NCBI GenBank assembly: GCA_050177605.1
Contig: JBFXGX010000001.1
Coordinates: forward strand, 79,059-143,058
DNA length: 64,000 nucleotides
Source of the DNA: Candidatus Izemoplasmatales bacterium
Lineage (GTDB): Bacteria; Bacillota_I; Bacilli_A; Izemoplasmatales; Hujiaoplasmataceae
Direction: 5' to 3'
The notes below the pieces were generated by a model. It had not been told where the DNA came from, made no database searches, and worked only from the letters and a program-made list of their open reading frames with translations. The position numbers were made by a program, and so were the translations under genes. This document shows, one piece after another, positions 48,079 through 57,410 of this stretch. Positions within the stretch are counted from its first letter, which is position 1; each line of letters begins with the position of its first letter.

Positions 48079-49074
48079 TTATGCAGGCAATGTATTCGGT
48101 GCAATTGTTAGAATAACTTCTTTAACAGTATTAATTGGAATGGAGAATCCCATACCTTCAATATCTGTGGAAGCTAATTTTAAAACATTTATACCAATGA
48201 CTTCTCCTTGAAGATTAAATAAAGGACCACCACTATTTCCAGCATTGATCGATGCATCATGTTGGATATATAATACAGAACTAGTTTCATCAACAACTCG
48301 GTTGACGCCAGCAACGATACCAAGTGTCATTGAACCATAGAATGAGTATCCTTGTGGGTTCCCTGCAGCAATGACCATTGTACCAGGTTGGACAACACTT
48401 GAGTCACCAAGTGTAGCTGTTGTTAAAGTTTGATTTAGTGAAGCTCCACTAAAGGATAACACCGCGATATCAACTTCAGCATCCGTACCAAGTAGCGTAG
48501 CGACAACATAAGATTCATCCGCAAATACAACGCGGTAATTATCTCCACCATCCACAACATGTTCATTGGTAATTAAGTAATAAACATCGTTCAATTGATC
48601 GTAATAATAGATAACTCCAGTACCTAAAGAAACCCCTACTGTGCCATCATAGGTAGAAACGCCAATCACTGAAGTATCTACCAGATCTTTCACGCTATAA
48701 ATTTCATTTTGAAGCGCTTGTAAATAAACCGCTACCTCTTCTTCAGTAAATACATTTACAAGATTGTTTTCCACAGCTGCATAGATTTCGTCATATAAAT
48801 CTTGTGTCACCATTGCGCTAATATCATCATAGATATTTTGATAGATATCGTCATAAACATCTTGATAAATTTGATCTATTAAATCTTGATAATCAGAATA
48901 ATAGTAGACATTGCCTTCTGCATCTGTACCAGTATAGATTGTCGTATTTGAATCGATAGTCGTCGTTGTATTATAGATAGTCGTTGTCGTTGTTTCAAGT
49001 GCGCTCACATTTTGACAAGCAATCATCGTTAGCGCTAGAATTAAGGCTAATGCTATTAATTTAACTTTTTTCAT
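48079..49074 (-). CDS. HtrA/S1C-like serine protease lipoprotein without PDZ
   Basis: Lipobox MIAC; triad TNEHV, DIAV, GNSGGP; ends right after the protease domain. Confidence 0.88.
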   Translation of the reverse strand: MKKVKLIALALILALTMIACQNVSALETTTTTIYNTTTTIDSNTTIYTGTDAEGNVYYYSDYQDLIDQIYQDVYDDIYQNIYDDISAMVTQDLYDEIYAAVENNLVNVFTEEEVAVYLQALQNEIYSVKDLVDTSVIGVSTYDGTVGVSLGTGVIYYYDQLNDVYYLITNEHVVDGGDNYRVVFADESYVVATLLGTDAEVDIAVLSFSGASLNQTLTTATLGDSSVVQPGTMVIAAGNPQGYSFYGSMTLGIVAGVNRVVDETSSVLYIQHDASINAGNSGGPLFNLQGEVIGINVLKLASTDIEGMGFSIPINTVKEVILTIAPNTLPA

Positions 49075-49075
49075 T

Positions 49076-50371
49076 TTATGCCTCCGGTCTTGGTTTTAAT
49101 TCAACATCTGAGAACGTAAGAGTTTGGCCATTTCGGATAACCACGATGTCAATTAAATCACCTACACGATATTTTGAGAACTGAGTCACGAAATCTGAAG
49201 TATTTGTAATGGTTATATCCCCTATTTGAATGATGATATCACCCGATTGAACGTATCCGTCCACGCTTGAATTTGTTACTACCTCGTCAATGTAAAAACC
49301 TGCGGTAAGTTCATTTGGAATAGTCACACCAGATTCAATTAAGTATTCACGGTTTGTAGAAATATCTATAAAGGAGATTCCTAGTACAGGTTTTTGTAAA
49401 GAAACGCCATAGGCTTCAATATCTGCACATATATCTTTCACAAGTGATGATGGAATTGCAAATCCCATTCCTTCAATTGCTACATCAGCGATTTTGATAA
49501 CATTAATGCCGATGACTTCACCTTGCAAATTAAATAAAGCGCCGCCACTATTTCCAGCGTTGATTGATGCGTCATGTTGAATATATCCAACAAACATATC
49601 TTTCGTACCGTCGCTATCAATATCAAAGTAACGATTTGTTCCAGAGACGACACCCATCGTGATAGAACGGTAATATTCGTACCCTGATGGATTTCCTACT
49701 GCAACAACAATTGTCCCTTTTTCAACCGTTGAAGAATCACCAAAACTAACAACTTTTAAATCTAAATTTGAATTAAAATACAACACAGCTATATCGACAA
49801 GAGAATCGACACCTCGAAGCGTTGCATCTATTTCTGTTCCATCTTCCAGTCTAATTTTATATACACTGCCATCTGCGACAACGTGATTATTTGTCACAAC
49901 GTAGTAGGTATTATCTAGTTTTTTATAAATCACACCTGAACCAATTGCTTGTAAAGTAGTACCATCACTATTGTAGACTGAAACGCCGACAACAGCTGTT
50001 GCTTCATCCGCTGCTAGATTTAGAATCATATCAGCAACTGTGGCCGCTGTAACTTCAATTTCTCCTGCAGCAATTTTATCAAGTAAGGATGTTACGACTT
50101 CATTATAAATACGATCAAACTCATCTTGGGATAGGTTTGCGATCACTTGTGCTCTAATTTCATCATACATTTCACTGTAAATCCGTTGGTAAATATCTGC
50201 TTTTATTTGATCCAAATCAACACTCACTTCAGATGTAATTAAAGGCGTTACAGTCGTTTGTGAAGTCATAAATGTCGTTGTAGTAGGTGCTGAAGTGGTG
50301 AAATTTACTGAACATCCAACAAGTACTGCACTGAGCATGAATATTGAAATGAATATTGCTATTTTTTTCAT
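49076..50371 (-). CDS. htrA: HtrA/S1C serine protease lipoprotein with PDZ
   Basis: Lipobox LVGC; triad TNNHV, DIAV, GNSGGA; PDZ LGIS...GDIIIQI...RNG. Confidence 0.88.
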   Translation of the reverse strand: MKKIAIFISIFMLSAVLVGCSVNFTTSAPTTTTFMTSQTTVTPLITSEVSVDLDQIKADIYQRIYSEMYDEIRAQVIANLSQDEFDRIYNEVVTSLLDKIAAGEIEVTAATVADMILNLAADEATAVVGVSVYNSDGTTLQAIGSGVIYKKLDNTYYVVTNNHVVADGSVYKIRLEDGTEIDATLRGVDSLVDIAVLYFNSNLDLKVVSFGDSSTVEKGTIVVAVGNPSGYEYYRSITMGVVSGTNRYFDIDSDGTKDMFVGYIQHDASINAGNSGGALFNLQGEVIGINVIKIADVAIEGMGFAIPSSLVKDICADIEAYGVSLQKPVLGISFIDISTNREYLIESGVTIPNELTAGFYIDEVVTNSSVDGYVQSGDIIIQIGDITITNTSDFVTQFSKYRVGDLIDIVVIRNGQTLTFSDVELKPRPEA

Positions 50372-50452
50372 GGTAATCGTCCCCTTTTCTTATTTAGCAT
50401 AAAACAAATTATAGTATTACTTTATGATATCTTTGTGAATATAAAATTAAAA

Positions 50453-51067
50453 TTACTCATTCGAACAAACGACGAGTAATCTACCCTTCGAAAATTCTAA
50501 GGATCCACTGCCTTCGTTAGAGACACCGATCGAGTCTGAGGTTGTTAACAAGTATTGATCTAGTTCATATTTAAACCCTCGAAGAGTTAATTCATATACA
50601 TCTTCAAGCGCAAAAAAAGAAATATACTTGTGAACGTTGTTGATCGCATATCGACCCTTTTTTAAAGTGTATATATGATGATGATTATCCTTAAATGAAA
50701 GACTGAATCGCTTCATTAAATTTAAGTTCGCAAGTAAGTGATCAATTCTCCCGCCAATACCTCCATAGACAAACACTTCATCATAAGTTAAATTGTTATA
50801 AATATAATCAAGTGTGAAGGCAAGGTCTGTCATATCTTTCATCTTTGGAAGGGAAATGATCTGCTTTGCATATTTTTTAAGTAAAGACAGATATTCACTA
50901 TGAATGGAATCAAAGTCACCAATGGCATAATCAAATATAATTTGATGTTTGATAAGTTCTTCACATCCAGAGTCAACGCCAATCAGTATTTCATTTTCTT
51001 CTTCTATATATACATTCTCGAGTTGATAATTATTGGGCCCTGTAAATATTTTAATATTTCTACTCAT
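50453..51067 (-). CDS. thiN: Thiamine pyrophosphokinase
   Basis: GVDSG, GDFDS, KDMTD, GGRIDH, GVSNE. Confidence 0.93.
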   Translation of the reverse strand: MSRNIKIFTGPNNYQLENVYIEEENEILIGVDSGCEELIKHQIIFDYAIGDFDSIHSEYLSLLKKYAKQIISLPKMKDMTDLAFTLDYIYNNLTYDEVFVYGGIGGRIDHLLANLNLMKRFSLSFKDNHHHIYTLKKGRYAINNVHKYISFFALEDVYELTLRGFKYELDQYLLTTSDSIGVSNEGSGSLEFSKGRLLVVCSNE

Positions 51068-51701
51068 TTTCTAATTGTTCAATCAATTCATTACGGTTCA
51101 CTTGATTAAATATAAAAGATCCAACAACTGCGACATCGATTCCTGCATCTTTCACAAGTTTACTCGTATCTTGATTGATTCCCCCATCCACTTCAATGAT
51201 GTAATGATAGTGATTCTGTTTTCGCATTTCATCGAGTAATTTAATTTTATCCAAACTTTCAGGGATAAATTTTTGCCCACCTTTGCCTGGTTCAACACTC
51301 ATAATTAAGATTAAGTCTAGTTGATCCAAATACGGAAAAATGACTTGAATATCTGTCAGTGGTTTGATTGATATTCCGACTTTTTTTCCATATTTTTTAA
51401 TTTCATCAATGGCTTCCTTTACACGACTAGGATCGGATTCGTAATGAAACGTAATCGAATCTGCGCCAGACAGAGCATAGTCCTTGATTGATGGAATTGG
51501 GTCATCCATCATCAAATGACAATCAAAATATTGGTCACTAAATTCTCTGATTGTTTCTAGCATATGATGATCATAGGTTTTTGCAGGAACAAACTTTCCA
51601 TCCATGACGTCAAAATGTAGCCAAGAAGCTTTATTAATCGATCTAATTTCAGATTCTAAATGATTAAAATCACAAGTTAAAAATGACGGTGCTACCTTCA
51701 T
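51060..51701 (-). CDS. rpe: Ribulose-phosphate 3-epimerase
   Basis: HFDVMDG, DCHLM, MSVEPG, EVDGG. Confidence 0.96.
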   Translation of the reverse strand: MKVAPSFLTCDFNHLESEIRSINKASWLHFDVMDGKFVPAKTYDHHMLETIREFSDQYFDCHLMMDDPIPSIKDYALSGADSITFHYESDPSRVKEAIDEIKKYGKKVGISIKPLTDIQVIFPYLDQLDLILIMSVEPGKGGQKFIPESLDKIKLLDEMRKQNHYHYIIEVDGGINQDTSKLVKDAGIDVAVVGSFIFNQVNRNELIEQLENE

Positions 51702-51710
51702 TTGTACCTC

Positions 51711-52577
51711 CTAGTATTTTTTCTTTATTTGCTTAATTTCTTCTCTTAATTTCAAGTAATTGTCATATCTTTCTTGCGGAACAGTATTATTTTTAACTGC
51801 TTCCTTGACTGCACAACCTGGTTCTTTTTCATGAAGACATCCATGATATTTACACTCACTTCCAAGTTCAAAGAAATCAGGAAAGGAATCTTTGAGTCCA
51901 ACTTCATCCATATCGATAAATTCAAGTTTAGAAAACCCTGGTGTATCCGCAATCAAACCATCACCAAAAGGAATTAATTCCACATGTCTTGTGGTATGTT
52001 TACCTCTTCCTAAAGCCAAACTGATTTCATCTGTGGCTAAATTGAGAGAAGGATCTATCGTGTTTAATAAACTACTTTTTCCTGCCCCTGTTTGTCCAGT
52101 CAGTACATTGACTTTATCTTTTATAACTTCAAGTATTTCATCCAGTCCTTCTTTTGTTTTAGTACTAAAGAAGATAACGCGAAAATATTTTTTGTAATAG
52201 GACAAATATTGTTCTAAGGAACTTCTTTCGAAATCGGTTAAAAGGTCAATCTTTGTGATGACAATAATCGGCTCGATGTGATTAAAAGTCACCAACGCAA
52301 GAAACTTATCAAGAAGGATAGAACTGAAGTCAGGTCGTTTACTCGAAGAGATCAGCAACGCTTGATCAATATTACAAATAGCGGGTCTGACAAGATCATT
52401 AAATCTTTCTTCAACATCCAAAATTGTCGTTTCATCAAATGACACAAAATCGCCAACTTTTGGACTAATTTTTTTGTATCTAAAAACACCAAGTGGCTTT
52501 AGTTCATATGTCTTGTTAGACTCGTCGCGCACTGTATAGATACCACCAATTAACTTAATTATTCGACCTTTCTTCAA
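51711..52577 (-). CDS. rsgA: Ribosome small subunit-dependent GTPase
   Basis: TKID, GQTGAGKS, RGKHTT, DTPG, C-x4-C-x-H-x5-C. Confidence 0.96.
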   Translation of the reverse strand: MKKGRIIKLIGGIYTVRDESNKTYELKPLGVFRYKKISPKVGDFVSFDETTILDVEERFNDLVRPAICNIDQALLISSSKRPDFSSILLDKFLALVTFNHIEPIIVITKIDLLTDFERSSLEQYLSYYKKYFRVIFFSTKTKEGLDEILEVIKDKVNVLTGQTGAGKSSLLNTIDPSLNLATDEISLALGRGKHTTRHVELIPFGDGLIADTPGFSKLEFIDMDEVGLKDSFPDFFELGSECKYHGCLHEKEPGCAVKEAVKNNTVPQERYDNYLKLREEIKQIKKKY

Positions 52578-52626
52578 AAAAGAACCTCCTAAGGATAAGA
52601 TACTATTTATTATACTCGATAAACAT

Positions 52627-52652
52627 AAAAAAAAGAAGACTTGCGTCTTCTA
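52627..52652 (-). terminator. Rubrerythrin terminator
   Basis: AAAAAAAGAAGAC-TTGC-GTCTTCT. Confidence 0.7.
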
Positions 52653-52662
52653 ATTATCATGA

Positions 52663-53199
52663 TTATTTTTTGTAACGTGCAAAGTAAGATTGTGGATGTG
52701 CACACACTGGACAAACTTTTGGAGCTTTCTTGCCAACATGAATGTGTCCGCATTCTAAACAAATCCACATTTCAGATTCGTTATCTGATTCAAATACTTT
52801 ATTATCTTTTAAACTAGCTAATAAGCATAAGTATCTTTCTTCATGTCTTTTTTCAATAGCTGCTACAGCTTCAAAAAGATAAGCAATTTTATTAAAGCCT
52901 TCTTCTTTTGCAACTTGAGCGAATCCAGCATACATATCTGTCCATTCGTAATGTTCGCCTTCTGCACCATCAACTAAATTAAGCTCGGTTGTAGGAATTT
53001 CGCCACCATGTAATAACTTGAACCATAATTCTGCATGTTCTTTTTCATTTTGAGCAGTTTCTAAAAAGAAATTCGCAACTTCAACATATCCTTCTTTTTT
53101 CGCTACACTCGCATAAAATGTATACTTGTTTCTTGCTTGAGATTCTCCAGCAAATGCTGTTTTTAAGTTTTCTTCAGTTCTTGATCCTTTGAATTCCAT
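52663..53199 (-). CDS. rbr: Rubrerythrin
   Basis: [18 protein letters not shown] di-iron motifs plus CLECG...CPVCAHP. Confidence 0.95.
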   Translation of the reverse strand: MEFKGSRTEENLKTAFAGESQARNKYTFYASVAKKEGYVEVANFFLETAQNEKEHAELWFKLLHGGEIPTTELNLVDGAEGEHYEWTDMYAGFAQVAKEEGFNKIAYLFEAVAAIEKRHEERYLCLLASLKDNKVFESDNESEMWICLECGHIHVGKKAPKVCPVCAHPQSYFARYKK

Positions 53200-53271
53200 A
53201 ATGTCTCTCCTTTACGATTTTAATTATCAATATTCTAACATAACTATTTTAAAGATACAATATCTTTTAAA

Positions 53272-54411
53272 TTATTCTCCGAATGAGATTCCGATGTCTT
53301 TAGCTGCATTAACTAAGTCGCCATTTGGATTAACACGACGTGCACCACCACGACTTGTTTCTCCCATTTTTCCTCCGCCTACAACATCTTCAATAAAGAC
53401 GGTTGACATTTTATCGTTTCTAATCGTGACCATTTGCCCGAAATCACCACGAGCAATCATATCAACTGCAAATGATCCATATTTTGTACTTAATACACGG
53501 TCAAAGGTATTTGTAACACCACCACGTTGGATGTATCCTAAATTCGTTGAACGAATATCTTGTCCAGTTACTGGAGTGACTAATTTTGTTAATGAAGCAG
53601 CGATTAATTCGCCAACACCACCAAGGCGTACGGAATCTGCGCTTGTTTGGTCAATTAATTTAATGGTGACATCACCATCGATTGGTTTAGCTCCTTCACT
53701 CACACAAATGATTGAGAATTTCGAACCATGATTGTATCTGTCGATGACTTTTTGTGCAACTTTATGAATATCATAAGGCATTTCTGGGATTAAGATAACA
53801 TCTGCAGAGCCTGCGATGCCACCTTCAAGTGCTAACCATCCGGCATTTCTTCCCATAACTTCTAAAATCATAACACGGTCATGTGAAAAAGCGGTTGTAT
53901 GGAGTGCATCCAGTGCCAACATAATATGATCTAAAGCTGTACGATATCCGAAAGTAATATCGGTTGCTGGAACATCATTATCAATCGTTTTTGGAATACC
54001 AACAACATTGATCCCTTTTCTAGCGAAGTCACGTGCACTTGTAAGTGTACCGTCACCACCAATAATTACTAATGCATCGACGTTATGTTTCTTCAGATTT
54101 GCTATCGCAACATCTGACACATCGGAGTAAGTTACCGTTCCATCTTTATCTACTTGACGGAAGTTAAATAGATTATCTTTGTTGGAATTTTTAAGAATGG
54201 TTCCACCTTGATGGAAAATTCCTGATACAGTCGCTATTGACATATTAACATAATCATCTTTGTAAAGGCCGTGGTATCCTCCGATAAATCCAACGACTTC
54301 ATAATTATATTTAAGAATAGCAGTTCTAACGACCGCACGAATGACTGCATTTAATCCTGAACAGTCACCGCCCCCTGTAAGTAAAGCAATTTTTTTAATT
54401 TCTTTTTTCAT
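53272..54411 (-). CDS. pfkA: 6-phosphofructokinase (PfkA family, group III-like)
   Basis: TGGGDC, GGDGT, PKTIDND, EVMGR, LGYIQRGG. Confidence 0.92.
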   Translation of the reverse strand: MKKEIKKIALLTGGGDCSGLNAVIRAVVRTAILKYNYEVVGFIGGYHGLYKDDYVNMSIATVSGIFHQGGTILKNSNKDNLFNFRQVDKDGTVTYSDVSDVAIANLKKHNVDALVIIGGDGTLTSARDFARKGINVVGIPKTIDNDVPATDITFGYRTALDHIMLALDALHTTAFSHDRVMILEVMGRNAGWLALEGGIAGSADVILIPEMPYDIHKVAQKVIDRYNHGSKFSIICVSEGAKPIDGDVTIKLIDQTSADSVRLGGVGELIAASLTKLVTPVTGQDIRSTNLGYIQRGGVTNTFDRVLSTKYGSFAVDMIARGDFGQMVTIRNDKMSTVFIEDVVGGGKMGETSRGGARRVNPNGDLVNAAKDIGISFGE

Positions 54412-54490
54412 CTTTAATCATCCTTTCGAATTAAAAATCATTATATAGTTTATCATTTATAATGATACTAGTCAAATAAAATCAATTGTT

Positions 54491-55519
54491 TTATTTTTCT
54501 TCCTTTTTCATTCTTAATTGACCACATGCAGCGTCAATATCTGAACCTTGTTCTTTACGTAGAGTCGCAACAATACCTCGTTTTGTTAATCGATCGAAAA
54601 ATGCCATCGCTCTTCGCATATCGGTTTTTTGATGACTGAATTCATCCACAGTATTGTAAGGAATTAGATTGACATAAGCATTGAGTCCTCTAAGTAAATC
54701 GCTCAGTTGGTCCGCATGTTCAATCGAATCATTTTCATCCTTTAATAAGATGTATTCAAACGTTAATCTTCTTGAGGTTTCTTCAAAATAGACTTCACAA
54801 GCTTTGATGATATCTTTTAATGGATAACGTTTGTTAATTGGCATTAATTTGGTCCGAAGTTCATCATTTGGAGCATGCAGGCTAATCGCTAGATTTGAAC
54901 GTATCTCCTCTTTTGCGTACTCATATATTTTTGGCACAATTCCACAAGTAGATACGGTGATATGTCGCTGTCCAATTGCGAGTCCACTAGCATGATTTAC
55001 AATCTTAATGAAGTCCATAACATTGTAGTAATTATCAAAAGGTTCACCTGTGCCCATAACGACAATATGACTGATTTTGACTCCTAATAAATGCTCGACC
55101 GTAGTCACTTGTGTGACAAGTTCAAATTTTTCTAAATTTCTAGTTTTTTTCTTGAGACCAGAAGCGCAAAACGAGCATCCCATGTTGCATCCAACTTGAG
55201 AAGTAACACATAGACTTAGGCCATAATCATGCGTCATTAAAACTGTTTCAATCATAAAATGGTCGCTTAGTTCAAATAAAAATTTTGTTGTTCCATCCAT
55301 CGATGTCTGACGGAAATTTTCAACTAGTTGTGTAGTTTCAAAGTTTTCAGATAAATATTCTTTTAGCGGTTTGCTTAAATTGGACATTTGCGAAAAATCC
55401 AGTTGACGTTTTTGATAAATCCACTGAAATATTTGTGTTGCATTAAATTTTTTAAACCCTGCATGAAGAAGTGTTTCTTCAAGCATAGTTAAGGTAAAGT
55501 CAAAAAGATTTTTCTTCAT
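54491..55519 (-). CDS. rlmN: 23S rRNA/tRNA m2A methyltransferase
   Basis: SQVGCNMGCSFC, MGTGEP, SLHAP, DIDAACGQL. Confidence 0.95.
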   Translation of the reverse strand: MKKNLFDFTLTMLEETLLHAGFKKFNATQIFQWIYQKRQLDFSQMSNLSKPLKEYLSENFETTQLVENFRQTSMDGTTKFLFELSDHFMIETVLMTHDYGLSLCVTSQVGCNMGCSFCASGLKKKTRNLEKFELVTQVTTVEHLLGVKISHIVVMGTGEPFDNYYNVMDFIKIVNHASGLAIGQRHITVSTCGIVPKIYEYAKEEIRSNLAISLHAPNDELRTKLMPINKRYPLKDIIKACEVYFEETSRRLTFEYILLKDENDSIEHADQLSDLLRGLNAYVNLIPYNTVDEFSHQKTDMRRAMAFFDRLTKRGIVATLRKEQGSDIDAACGQLRMKKEEK

Positions 55520-55526
55520 ATTTCCT

Positions 55527-56375
55527 CTATTCTTTTTCTTTTTTATTTTTAATAACCACTAAGGATAAAATGAAAAATACCACTGCTGTTCCTAGAAGAA
55601 CAAGTAAATGTATTGGTGTTGTCAAAATATGACCATTTGATTCAAATTCAACGCCCAAAAATAGTTTAAATTCGGACGGTACTTGATCTAGAGGCATAGA
55701 TTCATTCATCATTATTTGCCTTAAAAGAACTGCCGCGTGAGATGGTGGAAAGATTTTCACTACATTTTGTACGGAAGATGGTAATTGTCCAATCGGCAAG
55801 TAAACACCAGTCAAGAAACCTACAAACGTACCCATCGTAATCGAGATTGCCGACATCGCATTCGAACTCTTGATAAACATCATAAAGAAGAAAATCATCG
55901 AGCTACTTGATAGTACACTGAGGATAATTACTCCGAGGACTTTTAAAGCCGAAAGTAATGATAACATATTTCCATGCAATAAGATATAAAATTGTGCTAA
56001 AACAAACGTGAAAACGCTCATAATGACACCAATCGCCATTGCACTCAATAAATAGGACAAAATGAGAGAACTATTTTTTAAAGGAGAGGCATAAAAATCA
56101 CGAATCGTTTTCTTTTCTTGATCGGTAACCATCATACTATAAGCCCCAAGCGTCGTGGTAACAGAGGATGCAGTGATGACTCCGCCCATAATCCAAGTAT
56201 CAATTAAGAACCGAGCATCATCCCCAGCAAATGCAGAGGCAGATGATTCAATTAAATTACCAAGAAATAGTACATACAATAGAATAATTATCAATGCTCC
56301 AAGCATCGAGAAGAATACCGTAGCTCGGTCTCTAAAATAAGATTTTAAGTTTCTTTTGATAAGGGCTAATATCAT
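55527..56375 (-). CDS. ABC-2 type exporter permease
   Basis: 6 TM, FRDR N-terminus, GVYLPIG. Confidence 0.88.
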   Translation of the reverse strand: MILALIKRNLKSYFRDRATVFFSMLGALIIILLYVLFLGNLIESSASAFAGDDARFLIDTWIMGGVITASSVTTTLGAYSMMVTDQEKKTIRDFYASPLKNSSLILSYLLSAMAIGVIMSVFTFVLAQFYILLHGNMLSLLSALKVLGVIILSVLSSSSMIFFFMMFIKSSNAMSAISITMGTFVGFLTGVYLPIGQLPSSVQNVVKIFPPSHAAVLLRQIMMNESMPLDQVPSEFKLFLGVEFESNGHILTTPIHLLVLLGTAVVFFILSLVVIKNKKEKE

Positions 56376-57283
56376 GATCTCATCTCCTCTCCAGTAATCG
56401 TAATGAACGCATCATCTAATGATCCGTTTAATACTTGGAAAGAAATAATTTCTCCTTCAAGTAGTTTTAACAGTGGATAGGCATCAAGCGTATCACTGAG
56501 TGGAATCAAGATGATATCATTTTTTACTTCATATTGTACTTGATCACCTAGAAGCTTAAGGACTTTATCTTGATCCTTAGGATTAATCTCAAGTCGGTCA
56601 TGAGAGAAAGTATTTTTAAGTTCTGACGGTGTTCCTTTGGCGACAATTTCACCATGATCAATGACAACAACTTCATCTGCTTCGTTGGCTTCTTCTAAAT
56701 AGTGCGTTGTCAAAAAGACGGTCATACCCGTGTTCTTTTGAAGGGATTGAATGGTTGACCAAACATTTTTTCTGGTTTGAGGATCAAGACCGGTCGTTGG
56801 TTCATCTAAAAATAGAATCTCTGGTTGATGAATCAAAGCTCTAGCAATATCTGCTCTTCGTTTTTGACCCCCAGATAATTTGCCAAATCGACGTTTCCTT
56901 ATTTCATATATATCAGCAATTTCAAGTGCTCTTTTGATTGATTCATTCAGTTCATCATCGTTCATTCCGTAAAGTTTTCCTCTGGTTTGAAGATTTTCTT
57001 CAATCGATAAACGATCATCAAGAACTGAGTTTTGAAATACAATTCCGATCTTTTGACGGATAATTGCATCATCTTTACCAACGTGATTCCCTAAGATATT
57101 AATTTCTCCCTGATCAAATGAAAGCAAGGAACAGACAACATTAATGGTCGTAGATTTTCCTGCACCATTCGGTCCAAGAAAAGCAAATAATGTCCCTTGT
57201 TTTACTTGAAAGCTAATTCCTTTAACGGCTTGAACTTGTTTATAATTTTTAGTTAAATTAAGCACTTCAATTGCATTTTTCAT
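56372..57283 (-). CDS. ABC-2 exporter ATP-binding protein
   Basis: GPNGAGKS, LSGGQKRR, LDEPTTGLD, TTHYLEEA. Confidence 0.93.
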   Translation of the reverse strand: MKNAIEVLNLTKNYKQVQAVKGISFQVKQGTLFAFLGPNGAGKSTTINVVCSLLSFDQGEINILGNHVGKDDAIIRQKIGIVFQNSVLDDRLSIEENLQTRGKLYGMNDDELNESIKRALEIADIYEIRKRRFGKLSGGQKRRADIARALIHQPEILFLDEPTTGLDPQTRKNVWSTIQSLQKNTGMTVFLTTHYLEEANEADEVVVIDHGEIVAKGTPSELKNTFSHDRLEINPKDQDKVLKLLGDQVQYEVKNDIILIPLSDTLDAYPLLKLLEGEIISFQVLNGSLDDAFITITGEEMRS

Positions 57284-57357
57284 AGCTGTCCCCCATATTT
57301 CCTTAAATCCATTATATCACACGTGCCGAAGCAGAACGTTAGTAATTTTTTTGTAAA

Positions 57358-57400
57358 AAAATAAAACGCAACAATCTCCTACTTAAAGGAATTGTTGCGT
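57358..57400 (-). terminator. pheST terminator
   Basis: ACGCAACAAT...ATTGTTGCGT with an A-tract on +. Confidence 0.75.
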
Positions 57401-57410
57401 CATAATTCAA

